Positions 1 through 8,900 of a DNA stretch of 37,997 nucleotides are shown piece after piece. A program made the translations under genes and the position numbers. Source of the DNA: an uncultured Spirochaetaceae bacterium (GTDB taxonomy: Bacteria; Spirochaetota; Spirochaetia; DSM-27196; PWMO01); assembly GCA_964558285.1 (NCBI GenBank), contig CAZLDK010000003.1:1-37997 (forward strand). The letters run 5' to 3'. Positions within the stretch are counted from its first letter, which is position 1; each line of letters begins with the position of its first letter. Under the pieces are notes generated by a model. The model was not told the origin of the DNA, ran no database searches, and saw only the letters and a program-made list of their open reading frames with translations.

Positions 1-485
1 CCCCAGGAATGGCGCCGCAAAAAAAGGGCAACCGCCGGGACCAGGAGCCAGGCCAGGTAGGTGACTACCGAGTGTCCAAAGAGAATTTCGGCGAAGAGTC
101 CCTGGGTTCGTCGAGCCGTTGCCCCGAGAAGCGAGAAATCGCTTGCGAGCTGGATAACTCCCGAAGTGCCGAATACCCAGGTTGACACCACCTGGTTGAT
201 TCCGACGCTCAAGAGGTTTATTCCCAAGCCGACGATAAAAACGTTTGCCCGGAAGCCCAGCGCCAGGGTGACAAAGAGCACACCGAGGAGCGCTCCGGCG
301 AGGACGCCTGCGGCTATTCCCAGAGCCGCGCTGCCGGTCGAAGCGACCGCGACAACCGACCAAAAGGCGCCGGTGAGAATCATTCCCTCGAGGGCGATGT
401 TCAAGACGCCCCCTCGCTCCGTCAGAAGACCCCCGAGAGCAGCCAAGAGAATCGGTGTCGCCGCTTCGAGAACGGAGAAGGTCAT
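1..485 (-). CDS. ABC transporter permease (BMP/nucleoside-type uptake system), C-terminal part cut by window edge
   Basis: Absent from the ORF track because it runs off the window. My minus-strand translation from ATG 485-483 gives MTFSVLEAATPILLAALGGLLTERGGVLNIALEGMILTGAF..., a typical permease N-terminus. Its start overlaps the stop of the upstream permease (482), and it is the last gene of the SBP-ATPase-permease-permease operon. Confidence 0.75.
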   Translation of the reverse strand, partial: MTFSVLEAATPILLAALGGLLTERGGVLNIALEGMILTGAFWSVVAVASTGSAALGIAAGVLAGALLGVLFVTLALGFRANVFIVGLGINLLSVGINQVVSTWVFGTSGVIQLASDFSLLGATARRTQGLFAEILFGHSVVTYLAWLLVPAVALFLRRHSW

Positions 486-1516
486 TCCGAGGCCCCCTGG
501 TGTTTTCGGCCCCTGGTGCGGAGCAGGCCCCTGGCCGTAACCGCGAGGAAGATCACCGCCTGTATGACGGTGATGACCTGGGGCGGAACCCGGGAAGCGA
601 CGGACACGGCCCGGGCGGCGGTGTCAAGGAACGCGATAATGAGCGCACCGACCGGTATCATCTCGGGCCTTAAGGCGGCTATCAAGGCGACGGCGATACC
701 GTTCCACCCGTAGCCGGAGCCGAAACCGGCGATCGCGGTTCCCCGGAGCCCGGTTACCAGGAGACCTCCTGCGAGGCCGTAGAGTCCCCCGGAAATCGCT
801 ATGGCGACGGTTCGATGTGCGCCGACTCGAATCCCGCCGTAACGTGCGAACTCCGGGGCGTCGCCGACCAAGCGCAGTTGATACGCCCGGCTACTTTTCC
901 GGTACCAAAAAACCCCGCCGAGAAAGACCAAGAGGCTCAAGGCGAAGGCCGTCGTCAGATTCGACGGCGGCAGGATAGCGGTAAAGCGAAAGGACTCGGG
1001 GATCGCCCGGGTGGTAAGGAGGTTGCTCCCGGTATCGCGCATTACCGAAACAATCAGATAGTCGACCAGGGGGATGCTAGCGGCGCTCAAGAGGTAGCTC
1101 GATATAATCTCCGGAACGTCGAGGCTCCACCGGAGCAGTCCGGATATCCCGGCCATCGCGGCGCCGGCGAGGACGGCAACGGCCAGCGCCGTCAGCGTCC
1201 CGATCCAGCCGAGACCCGGCGGCATTTGGAGTAGGATGATGACGGTAAGCAAACCCGGCAGATAGACCTGTCCTTCTCCGCCGAGGTTGAAGCTGCCGCC
1301 TCGAAAAGAGACGGCAATTCCCAGGCCACCGAGGAGCAGGATGGACGCCGTGGCAATCATGCTGCCGAAGTAGAAGCGATTCGTAAGCGGGGCGACTAGG
1401 AATACCCGAATCGCCTGGAGCGGCCGGTCGCTCCCGAGAGCCACCAACACCAGGGCTACTACCAACCCGAGTCCAACTGCAAAGACGCGGCTCCGAGAGC
1501 GGGCGGGAAGTTTCAC
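482..1516 (-). CDS. ABC transporter permease
   Basis: 344 aa polytopic hydrophobic ORF. GTG start overlaps the ATPase stop (GTGA at 1513-1516). Sits between the ATPase gene and the second permease. Confidence 0.85.
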   Translation of the reverse strand: MKLPARSRSRVFAVGLGLVVALVLVALGSDRPLQAIRVFLVAPLTNRFYFGSMIATASILLLGGLGIAVSFRGGSFNLGGEGQVYLPGLLTVIILLQMPPGLGWIGTLTALAVAVLAGAAMAGISGLLRWSLDVPEIISSYLLSAASIPLVDYLIVSVMRDTGSNLLTTRAIPESFRFTAILPPSNLTTAFALSLLVFLGGVFWYRKSSRAYQLRLVGDAPEFARYGGIRVGAHRTVAIAISGGLYGLAGGLLVTGLRGTAIAGFGSGYGWNGIAVALIAALRPEMIPVGALIIAFLDTAARAVSVASRVPPQVITVIQAVIFLAVTARGLLRTRGRKHQGASE

Positions 1517-2979
1517 CTAGCCAACAACTCCATCAGCTCTCCCTCCGTGAGTCCCGCTGTCGGGATCGGGTTCCCGAGGACGCCTCCCGAGACGACCCGA
1601 ACCGCAGAACACAGAGCCAGTACTTCCTCGGGATCCGAGGAGAGAAGAAGCACCCCGACGCCCTCTCGGCAACGGCGCTCTAGGCGCGCCGAAAGCCGAT
1701 CGAGGGAGCGACGGTCAAGGCCGGCGGAGGGCCGCACCATAAAGAGAAGCGATACGTCCCCGGAGGTCTCCCGTAGGATAACCAATCGCCCCCGGTTTCC
1801 CCCCGACAGGGTGGCCGCCGGGGCGCCGGTTCCCAGGGGCGCTTCGATCTCCTCTCCGAGATCCACCCGGGCCCGGGAGAGGTCCCTCGGGCTCAGGGGA
1901 ATTCGCAAATTCTCGTCGATCGAATAGGAAAGGGCCAGCCCACGGCTGTCACGGCTCCGGGGGACGTATCGAAAACCGCTGTCCCGGAGGCGCCGGGGTG
2001 TCGGGCGCCGTAGCTGTGCGCCCCGGAGGACCAGGGAATGGGTGCCTTCCGGGGCAAAACCGCTGATCGCGTCTTCGGCGGTCCGCAAGAGCTTGGGGTC
2101 CTTCGATAGAACGCCCAGGCGTTCCCCGGGATAGACGCTCAAGTCTGCGAAGTTGACCTTTCGACCCTGACCGTCTTCGATGCCCAGGCTCCCAAAGCGG
2201 AGGACGGGTTCCGCCGCGCCTCGAGGCGATGCGCTGGGGCCCGTTTCCGAAAGCTCGGTCTCCCGGACCTCGAACATCGCGTCGTAAACGTCGGTGGTGG
2301 TAAGGCCGCCCCGAGGGGAGGTCAGGGTTGCAACTCCCCCTCGCAACACTGTCACCGTGTCGGCGATGTCCAGTGCCTCCCGTATTCGATGGCTCGCAAG
2401 AAGCACCGCTGCATTCTGCTCCCGGAGGGAGGCGATTATCCCCTTTAGAATCTCCGCTTCCCTCCCGGTGCAGGGGGCAAAGGGCTCGTCGAGGATAACG
2501 ACCTCCGGCTCGATCGAAAGGCCCGCGATCAGGGAGAGGAGGTAACGCTCTCCCGGGGAGAGGGTGGACATCCGGTTTTCCGGTTGAATCCCGAGGTTCG
2601 ACGAAAGGCCGGCTTTCTCGAGTCGCCGAGCGGCCGCTCGCGGACTGATCGACCCGAGAACCGGCCTCTCTTCGTATCCCAGGAGCAGGTGCTCCCAGAC
2701 CCGCAGGCGCGGATCGTAGCGGGGCTCTTGACGGACGTAGGTGAGCCGGAGGAACCGCCCCGGAGGAGTTGTTCCGCCTGCTCCTTCGGAATAGGCAAAA
2801 AGGCCGGTGTCTGCGGGAATGTCGCCGGCGAGGATGTTAAAGAGGGTCGACTTTCCGGCGCCGTTCTCCCCCAGGATCAGGTGAGCCTCCCCGGGGTTTA
2901 CCGATACAGAGACCCCGGCGAGGGCCTCGACCGCCCCACCGGCGAAACGCTTCGAGATGTTCCATCCGGCGAATATCAT
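1513..2979 (-). CDS. ABC transporter ATP-binding protein, tandem NBD with degenerate second domain
   Basis: Walker A GENGAGKST, signature-like LSPGERY, Walker B VVILDEPF. The second half has LSGGNRGR but no recognisable Walker A lysine. Start abuts the stop of the BMP gene. Confidence 0.9.
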   Translation of the reverse strand: MIFAGWNISKRFAGGAVEALAGVSVSVNPGEAHLILGENGAGKSTLFNILAGDIPADTGLFAYSEGAGGTTPPGRFLRLTYVRQEPRYDPRLRVWEHLLLGYEERPVLGSISPRAAARRLEKAGLSSNLGIQPENRMSTLSPGERYLLSLIAGLSIEPEVVILDEPFAPCTGREAEILKGIIASLREQNAAVLLASHRIREALDIADTVTVLRGGVATLTSPRGGLTTTDVYDAMFEVRETELSETGPSASPRGAAEPVLRFGSLGIEDGQGRKVNFADLSVYPGERLGVLSKDPKLLRTAEDAISGFAPEGTHSLVLRGAQLRRPTPRRLRDSGFRYVPRSRDSRGLALSYSIDENLRIPLSPRDLSRARVDLGEEIEAPLGTGAPAATLSGGNRGRLVILRETSGDVSLLFMVRPSAGLDRRSLDRLSARLERRCREGVGVLLLSSDPEEVLALCSAVRVVSGGVLGNPIPTAGLTEGELMELLAR

Positions 2980-4023
2980 CTAGAAACGGGTCGGCATATC
3001 CAGAACGAGGTCTCCCGTCTCCAGGCGCCGGAGCATTGCCGCGAGCTCTCCGCGGATCGGTTGGGGGACATGCCGCGCGAACTCTCGGTGCTCCGTGTCG
3101 TAGGTGACGTACCCCTCTTGGGCGCCGAGGATAACGGCCTCTCCGTAGGGCAAAAGTCCGTCGATCGCCTGCTGCGTCTTCTCGTAGGACGCGCGATCGA
3201 GGCGTACCATGGAGCTTCCGATGACGACGCCGGGAGCCTCCTCGTAGCCGGAGGTGTCGTACCAGAGAACGTAGGCTCCTTGCTGCCGGGCCGCGGTGAT
3301 AACGCCCTGGTTCCCTCCACCGGCAATCGCCAGGATCGTGTCGACGCCACCGTCGATCATGTTGGAAGCGAGATCCGCCGCCTTAGAGGCGTCGTACCAG
3401 TTTCCGAGGATTCGAAAATCGACGGTGCCCTCGGGAACCGCCGCTTTAAGACCGAGCTCGTAGGAGGGAAGAATTACTCCGTTCATAATGGGGAATTCCT
3501 GCCCTGCGAGGAGGCCAACCCGGGTCTCCGGGTTCGCGTCCTCCATGGTGGAGGTTGTCACCAGACCCGCGAAGTAGCCGCTCAAGAACCCCTGCTCCCG
3601 TTGGTTGAAGAGAACGGTGTAGATGGCCGGGTTCCCTTCGAGGTAACCGTCGAGGACCAGAAAACGTTGGTCCGGAAAAAGCTCGGCTACAGAGGCGCAT
3701 ATCTCCGGCATCGAGGGGTTGGAAGTAACGATCAAATCGAAGCCCCCGGACGCTGCGAGGGACGTTACTCCCTCCTCCCAGAGCGACTGATTGAACCCGC
3801 CTTCTACGACCTGCACCGTGGCGTTCTCTCTCTCCTCGACCGCCCGCTCGACCCCGGCTACCAGAAGCTCGTAGGTCGGGCTCCCTTCGACGACTCCCGG
3901 AACAAAGACGGCCACGTTAAAGAGGTCGGTCGTGTCGGTTTCTCCGCCTCCGAGGCCAAACGCATACGCCCCTAGGAGGGTAATCAAGGCGATCGTTACA
4001 ATCGCCGTCTTGTATCGCTTCAT
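2980..4023 (-). CDS. BMP-family (Med/PnrA/TmpC-like) ABC substrate-binding protein
   Basis: 347 aa with an N-terminal hydrophobic signal/anchor MKRYKTAIVTIALITLLGAYAFG and no lipobox Cys. BMP-like motifs IAGGGNQGVITAARQQGAYVLWYDTSGY. Strong SD GGGAGGAA before the ATG. Confidence 0.85.
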   Translation of the reverse strand: MKRYKTAIVTIALITLLGAYAFGLGGGETDTTDLFNVAVFVPGVVEGSPTYELLVAGVERAVEERENATVQVVEGGFNQSLWEEGVTSLAASGGFDLIVTSNPSMPEICASVAELFPDQRFLVLDGYLEGNPAIYTVLFNQREQGFLSGYFAGLVTTSTMEDANPETRVGLLAGQEFPIMNGVILPSYELGLKAAVPEGTVDFRILGNWYDASKAADLASNMIDGGVDTILAIAGGGNQGVITAARQQGAYVLWYDTSGYEEAPGVVIGSSMVRLDRASYEKTQQAIDGLLPYGEAVILGAQEGYVTYDTEHREFARHVPQPIRGELAAMLRRLETGDLVLDMPTRF

Positions 4024-4100
4024 CGTTGTCTGTTCCTCCCTTCGTTTCCTTGAATATACCCGGGCGGAGCCCCTTCGGTAAGGGCTCCGTCCCCTGAATG

Positions 4101-4129
4101 TTGACCCCCTTGGGTCCCCATGCTACCGT
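4101..4129 (+). promoter_or_regulatory. candidate sigma70 promoter of the FGGY kinase gene (TTGACC-17-TACCGT)
   Basis: TTGACC 4101-4106, 17 nt spacer, TACCGT 4124-4129, then 10 nt to ATG 4140. No SD is present, which implies a near-leaderless transcript. Confidence 0.3.
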
Positions 4130-4139
4130 GCCGCCACAC

Positions 4140-5558
4140 ATGGCTCTCGCTTCGCGTCGGATACTGGCAATCGACATCGGTACGTCTTCGATCAAGATCG
4201 GGGTTATCTCCTCCGACGGCACTCTCTTGGCGGAGCACCGCCGGACTCTGGTTGCGGCGTCGTCATCGCCCGAGGGGTGGGACGTCGGTGTCTGGGACGA
4301 GGCGCTTCGGGAAGCGCTTATCGCGATGGGGCAGGAGTACCCGGAGTACCAGGGAGTAGACGGTATTGCCGTAAGCGGGAACGGGCCGACAATTATTCCC
4401 GTCGACGGAAGCGGAGCTCCCTTGACCCCGGTGCTGCTCTGGTTCGATTCTCGGGGGCATCGACGGGAGGGCGCGCGGTCCTTCTATCTCCCGAAGATTC
4501 AGTGGCTCCGGAATCGGCACCCCGACGTCTACGACCGGGCCGCCGGCTTCTATTCCTGCCCCGAGTTCTTTGCCTTTCGCTTTACCGGCGAGGCGTGGAC
4601 CATTACGCCGAACGACGAGTTTACCCCCTACCTCTGGAGCGACGACGAAATCGAGGGCTACGGCGTCGACAAGGAAAAGCTCCCCCCTTTTGTTCCCATG
4701 GCCGGCCTGATGGGCCGGGTAACCCGAGAAGCGGCGGAAAGCTACGGGCTAAAGGAAGGGACGCCGGTATTTGCCTCCGGGAGCGATTTTTTGGCCAGCC
4801 TTATCGGCACCGGAACCGTCCATCCCGGGCGAACCTGCGACAGAGCGGGTACGTCCGAAGGCATAAACCACTGCCACGATTCCTACGTCGACGACCCTCG
4901 TCTCCGCTGTCTTCCCCACGCCGTCGAGGGTCTCTATAACGTCGCCGGTATTCTCGCCTCGACCGGACGGATATTCGAATGGTTTCGTTCGATCTCAGGT
5001 CAACAGCGCGTTCCCTACACGACTACCCTGGTCCAGATCCTCGACGTAGGTCTCGAACACCACGTCCCCTGGTTCTTTCCCTCGATTCACCAGGGCGCGG
5101 CCTGGGAGTTCAGTAGGGGAATGTTCATCGACCTCGGTGCCCAACACGGGGCCCCGGAGATGGGGCGAGCCGTCGTGGAGTCCATCGGTTTCGCGGTTCG
5201 GGAGGCGGTGGAGATTCTCGGTCAAGGAGGCTGCGAAATCTCCGAGCTCCGGGTGTGCGGAGGACAGGCCAAGAACGACATTTGGAACCAGCTCAAGTCC
5301 GACATGATCGGTAAGCCCCTCGCGATCCCCGAGGTAGCCGACGCCGAGCTCCTCGGGAGTGCCGCCTGCGCACTCGTGGGTCTCGGAGACTACTCCGGCT
5401 TCGTCGAGGCGGCGGACCAGCTGGTTCGGTTCCCTAAAAGGTTTGAGCCGAATCCGGAGCGCTTTGCCGTCTTCGGGGAGAAGTATCATCGGTATCAGGA
5501 GGCGTACGGTCGTTTTCGCCGTGCTCTCTCAGAATGCGGTGCTCTCTTCTTCCGTTAG
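4140..5558 (+). CDS. FGGY-family carbohydrate kinase (xylulokinase/glycerol-kinase-like)
   Basis: N-terminal phosphate-binding motif LAIDIGTSSIKIGV and C-terminal VCGGQAKNDIWNQLKSDMIGKPL. I prefer ATG 4140 (MALASRRILAIDIG). The track ORF starts at 4098, inside the putative -35 box. Confidence 0.85.
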   Translation: MALASRRILAIDIGTSSIKIGVISSDGTLLAEHRRTLVAASSSPEGWDVGVWDEALREALIAMGQEYPEYQGVDGIAVSGNGPTIIPVDGSGAPLTPVLLWFDSRGHRREGARSFYLPKIQWLRNRHPDVYDRAAGFYSCPEFFAFRFTGEAWTITPNDEFTPYLWSDDEIEGYGVDKEKLPPFVPMAGLMGRVTREAAESYGLKEGTPVFASGSDFLASLIGTGTVHPGRTCDRAGTSEGINHCHDSYVDDPRLRCLPHAVEGLYNVAGILASTGRIFEWFRSISGQQRVPYTTTLVQILDVGLEHHVPWFFPSIHQGAAWEFSRGMFIDLGAQHGAPEMGRAVVESIGFAVREAVEILGQGGCEISELRVCGGQAKNDIWNQLKSDMIGKPLAIPEVADAELLGSAACALVGLGDYSGFVEAADQLVRFPKRFEPNPERFAVFGEKYHRYQEAYGRFRRALSECGALFFR

Positions 5559-5762
5559 GCTTTGTTCGTCCTCTTCCCTGCGCTATACTAAGAGGCAGGA
5601 GCGGATGGTGTTTTTCTGGTTCGGATTCCCGTTTTTCTTCTTTGTTCCCTTTATGCTCGTCTTTCTCCTCCTTCGTGCCGGGTCTACCCTGTTCCGGAGC
5701 CGACGGGGCGCTGTGTTTCCCTATCAAATAGCCCCTTCTTTCCCGGAGCCGGGCCCGGTGAC

Positions 5763-5972
5763 ATGGAGGCGAAGGTGTTCCAGCTCGCCTACAAGTTCAA
5801 GGGCTCCATTACAGTCTCGGATATCGTCGTGGAGACGGGGCTGAGCGTCCAGGAAGCGGAATCCCTCGTCCAGGGGATGGTGGACAACAGCCGTGTACGA
5901 ATGGAAGTGAGCGAAGACGGCTTGGTAACCTACGAGTTTCCGGAGATAATCTCGCGTTTCGACCAGGGTTAG
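5763..5972 (+). CDS. small hypothetical protein, winged-helix-like (69 aa); possibly the C-terminal part of a frameshifted membrane-anchored protein
   Basis: Strong GC3 coding signal. Sequence ITVSDIVVETGLSVQEAESLVQGMV looks like an HTH. No SD before ATG 5763. See the finding on 5592-5972. Confidence 0.6.
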   Translation: MEAKVFQLAYKFKGSITVSDIVVETGLSVQEAESLVQGMVDNSRVRMEVSEDGLVTYEFPEIISRFDQG

Positions 5973-8900
5973 GAAAGCTTCCCCTCGACGAACTCCTCGA
6001 AGGTCCGACGGCAGCGGCCTCGAGCGGCTTCCAGCTCCGATTCCAGGCTTCCGTCGAGGCTCTCGGTTCTGATGAGCCGCTTCTCTAGGGCGCCGCGGTA
6101 GGCCGGGTCCTCCGGTATCGCATGCACCTGACGATCCTCCATAATTTGAAGAAAGTGCTCGATTCGGCGGAGAAAGACGTAGTCTTTCCGGAGCCGGGTG
6201 CTGAGATCGGGGTCGAGGAGACCCCGCTCCCTTAACAGCTCGATTCCTTTGAGGGTGCTGCCGGTTAGAAGCTCCGGGTCATCCGCCGCGTGTATCAGCT
6301 GCAACCCCTGTACCGCGAACTCAACGTCGCGAAGTCCGCCGACACCATCTTTTACATCCAGGGCGTCACCGAGTCGGTCGGTAGCCGCTCGACGCATCTG
6401 CTCTATAGAACGCCGCAGCTCCTCACGGGACCCCACCGCGGTAATCTCCCCCCGAAGCCGCTCGAGGAGCCTGTGACCGACCTCTGCGTTTCCGGCGACG
6501 GGGGCGAGCTTGAGGAGAGCCTGACGCTCCCAGTTCTCGGCCTGCTCTGCGTAGTAGCGAACAACCGCGTCGACAGGGCTTACCAAAACGCCGGCGGAGC
6601 CGAAGGGACGCAACCGCATGTCGATCCGGTAAGCGTTCCCCGCCGCCGTCGTCGCGGTTACCAGATGGCGGAGAAGCTTCATGCACCGGGAGTAGAGTGC
6701 CGAGATTTCGGGCCCCCCGGGACCATCGGTCTCGTAAACCGCCAGAAGGTCGAGGTCGGAGCTGTAATTGAGCTCGGCGCCCCCAAGTTTGCCGAAGGCC
6801 AGGATGCAGAAGCGTCCTGGGTCGACCCCGGATCGGGCGCCTCCGGATTCTAGAGTTTGTTCGAGCTGATCCCAGGCAAACTCTAGGGCGGCGTCCAAGA
6901 TCGTCCGGGCGAGGGCCGAGAGGTCCCCGACAACGCTTTCGATCGGTACCCCCAAGCAGATGTCCCGGGTTCCGATCCTCAGAATCTCCCGGAACCGAAA
7001 GAGCCGCAACCTGGTCATAAAGGAGTCCTCGTCGACGGAGGCTTGCCGTTCTTCTTCGAGCTCCTTCCGGAGGGAAGACTCGTTTCGGTTCCGGTGAACG
7101 ACGGTGGGGCTCGTCGCCCATTCGAAGAACTCCGGATGGCGTATCAAGACATTGGAAAGAAACTGGCTCGAGGCAAAGATGTCCAGAAGGAGGGACAGGC
7201 GCCGCGGTTGAAACTGGAGCTGCCGAAAGTGTTCCTCGGGTTCCGGCAGCTGCGCCGCAAAGGTGTCCCAGTTGTTCAACGCCATGTCTGGGTCGGCGCT
7301 TCGGGAGAGCAGATCCCAGGCGAGAATCGCCAAATGGGCAAAGGTGTGGCGCCGCTCATCCTCCCCGGCGAGGGACCGGAGGTTTCTGACCCCCCGTCCA
7401 GGGTTCGAGAAGCCTCGGCTTCGGAGGAGCTCGAGAAAACTCTCATCGTCCGGAGGCCGGGGACTCAGGATTACGTCGGCGACGCTGCGTACCTCCTGCG
7501 GCGCCTCGGCCTGGCGTCCCAGCTGGGACTCGACGAAGGCACGGATTTCCGCCGAGGTCGTTTCGAACTCCATCTTAAGCTCTTCGGCCGCCGTTAGGCC
7601 GCCGCGCCCCTCGTAGCCCATTCGCCTGGCCAGGTGAGAGAACTCGAGGGCCTCCTCCGAGGGGAGAAAGAGATCCTTTGCGTTTCCCCGGAGCATCCGG
7701 AGACCGTTAATCAGGCGACGGAAGAACCGGTAGGCTTCTCCAAGGTGGCTCGCAACCGCCGGAGTCAATCCGCCGACTTCTACCAAGGCGTCGAGGGCGT
7801 TATGAATCCGGGGAGTCCGGAGCGCGGGATTCGCCGCGCCGAGAGAAACCTGGAGAAGCTGAACGGTATATTCGAGATCCGCCAATCCTCCGGGAGAAAA
7901 CTTCGCGTTTATCTCCCCGGGGCGCTGCTTCTCGGCAAGCTGTATCGCCCTCAGGTTGCGTAGCTCGGCAAGCTCTATGCTTTCGGGTCGATAGACAATT
8001 TCGTCTCGAGCGGCTTCGACTTGTCTTCCGAGCTCGCCGTCTCCAGCCACATGACGCAGCCGAACCAGGGCCAAGCGCTCCAGACTTACCGCCTCGCTCT
8101 GAAAGTAAGAGACAAAAGCGGCGAGTCCCACTGCGACGGGGCCAGCCGCCCCGTGGGGCCGGAGTCTAAGGTCGACCTGGAAGATGCCCTCGCGCTTCGT
8201 CTCGATAAGCCCAACCGCTTCGTGGAACATCCTCTCAAAGAACTCCGCGTTTGAAACGCGCTCGGCCCCGTCGGTGTTTCCGTTGTCGTCGTATATAAAC
8301 AGAAGCTCGATGTCCGAGGCGTATCCCAGGGCGATTCCCCCGAACTTCCCCAGGCCAAAGACCGCGTAGCTCGCCGAGAGACCGGCAACGGTACGCGGCA
8401 CCCCGTATCGCGCGGTAGTCTTATCCCAGGATAGGCGACAGGCTTCGCCCACAACCGCCTCGGCGAGGGCGGTGAGTCGGGTGCTGAGAAAGAAGAAATC
8501 GATCTCTCGATTCAGGATGTGATCCAAGTCGATGAGGAAGGTCTGGTGGTCTTTGAAGTCGTTGAGGGCCTGTTTCTTGCTCTCCCAATCCGGCGCCGCC
8601 TCGAGGGAACGGCGGAGACCTGTGAGCAGCTTCTCCTCCGGGAGGCTGATCGGTTGTTGTTCCGCCGCCGACTCCAGGAGCGGAAGGAGCTCTTCGTACT
8701 GCGTCCGGATAAAGTCCTCCCAGAGAAAGTCGCTGGTGCCCAGGAGCTTTGCCAGGTCCTGGAGTATTCGGGGGCTCGAAAGAAGACCGGTCATCTGACC
8801 GGTCTGGGAAATCTGGAGAAAGTCCTGGATCATCGTTTCGAACCGTAGGAGAGCCTGGTAGGGGTCCGGCGCCGAGCCGAGAAAATAGGTAAACTGCTTC

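Noticed and set aside
61-1234. Plus-strand ORFs 61-540, 455-673, 516-713 and 815-1234
   Set aside because: They lie antisense to the two ABC permease genes. The Arg/Pro/Ala-rich composition is typical of shadow ORFs in GC-rich DNA, and no motifs are present.
2584-3975. 463 aa plus-strand ORF
   Set aside because: It is entirely antisense to the ATPase and BMP-protein genes, which have clear family motifs. The translation is low-complexity, Arg/Gly/Pro-rich and motif-free.
5969-5972. Convergent genes whose stop codons overlap in a GGTTAG context, both here (small ORF/glnE) and at 21290-21293 (ComFB-like/propeller gene)
   Set aside because: The overlap is real, and it means no terminator can sit between the converging units. 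However, TTAG simply reads TAG on one strand and TAA on the other, two occurrences can be coincidence, and there is no further structure. Noted only as a caveat for transcript-end mapping.
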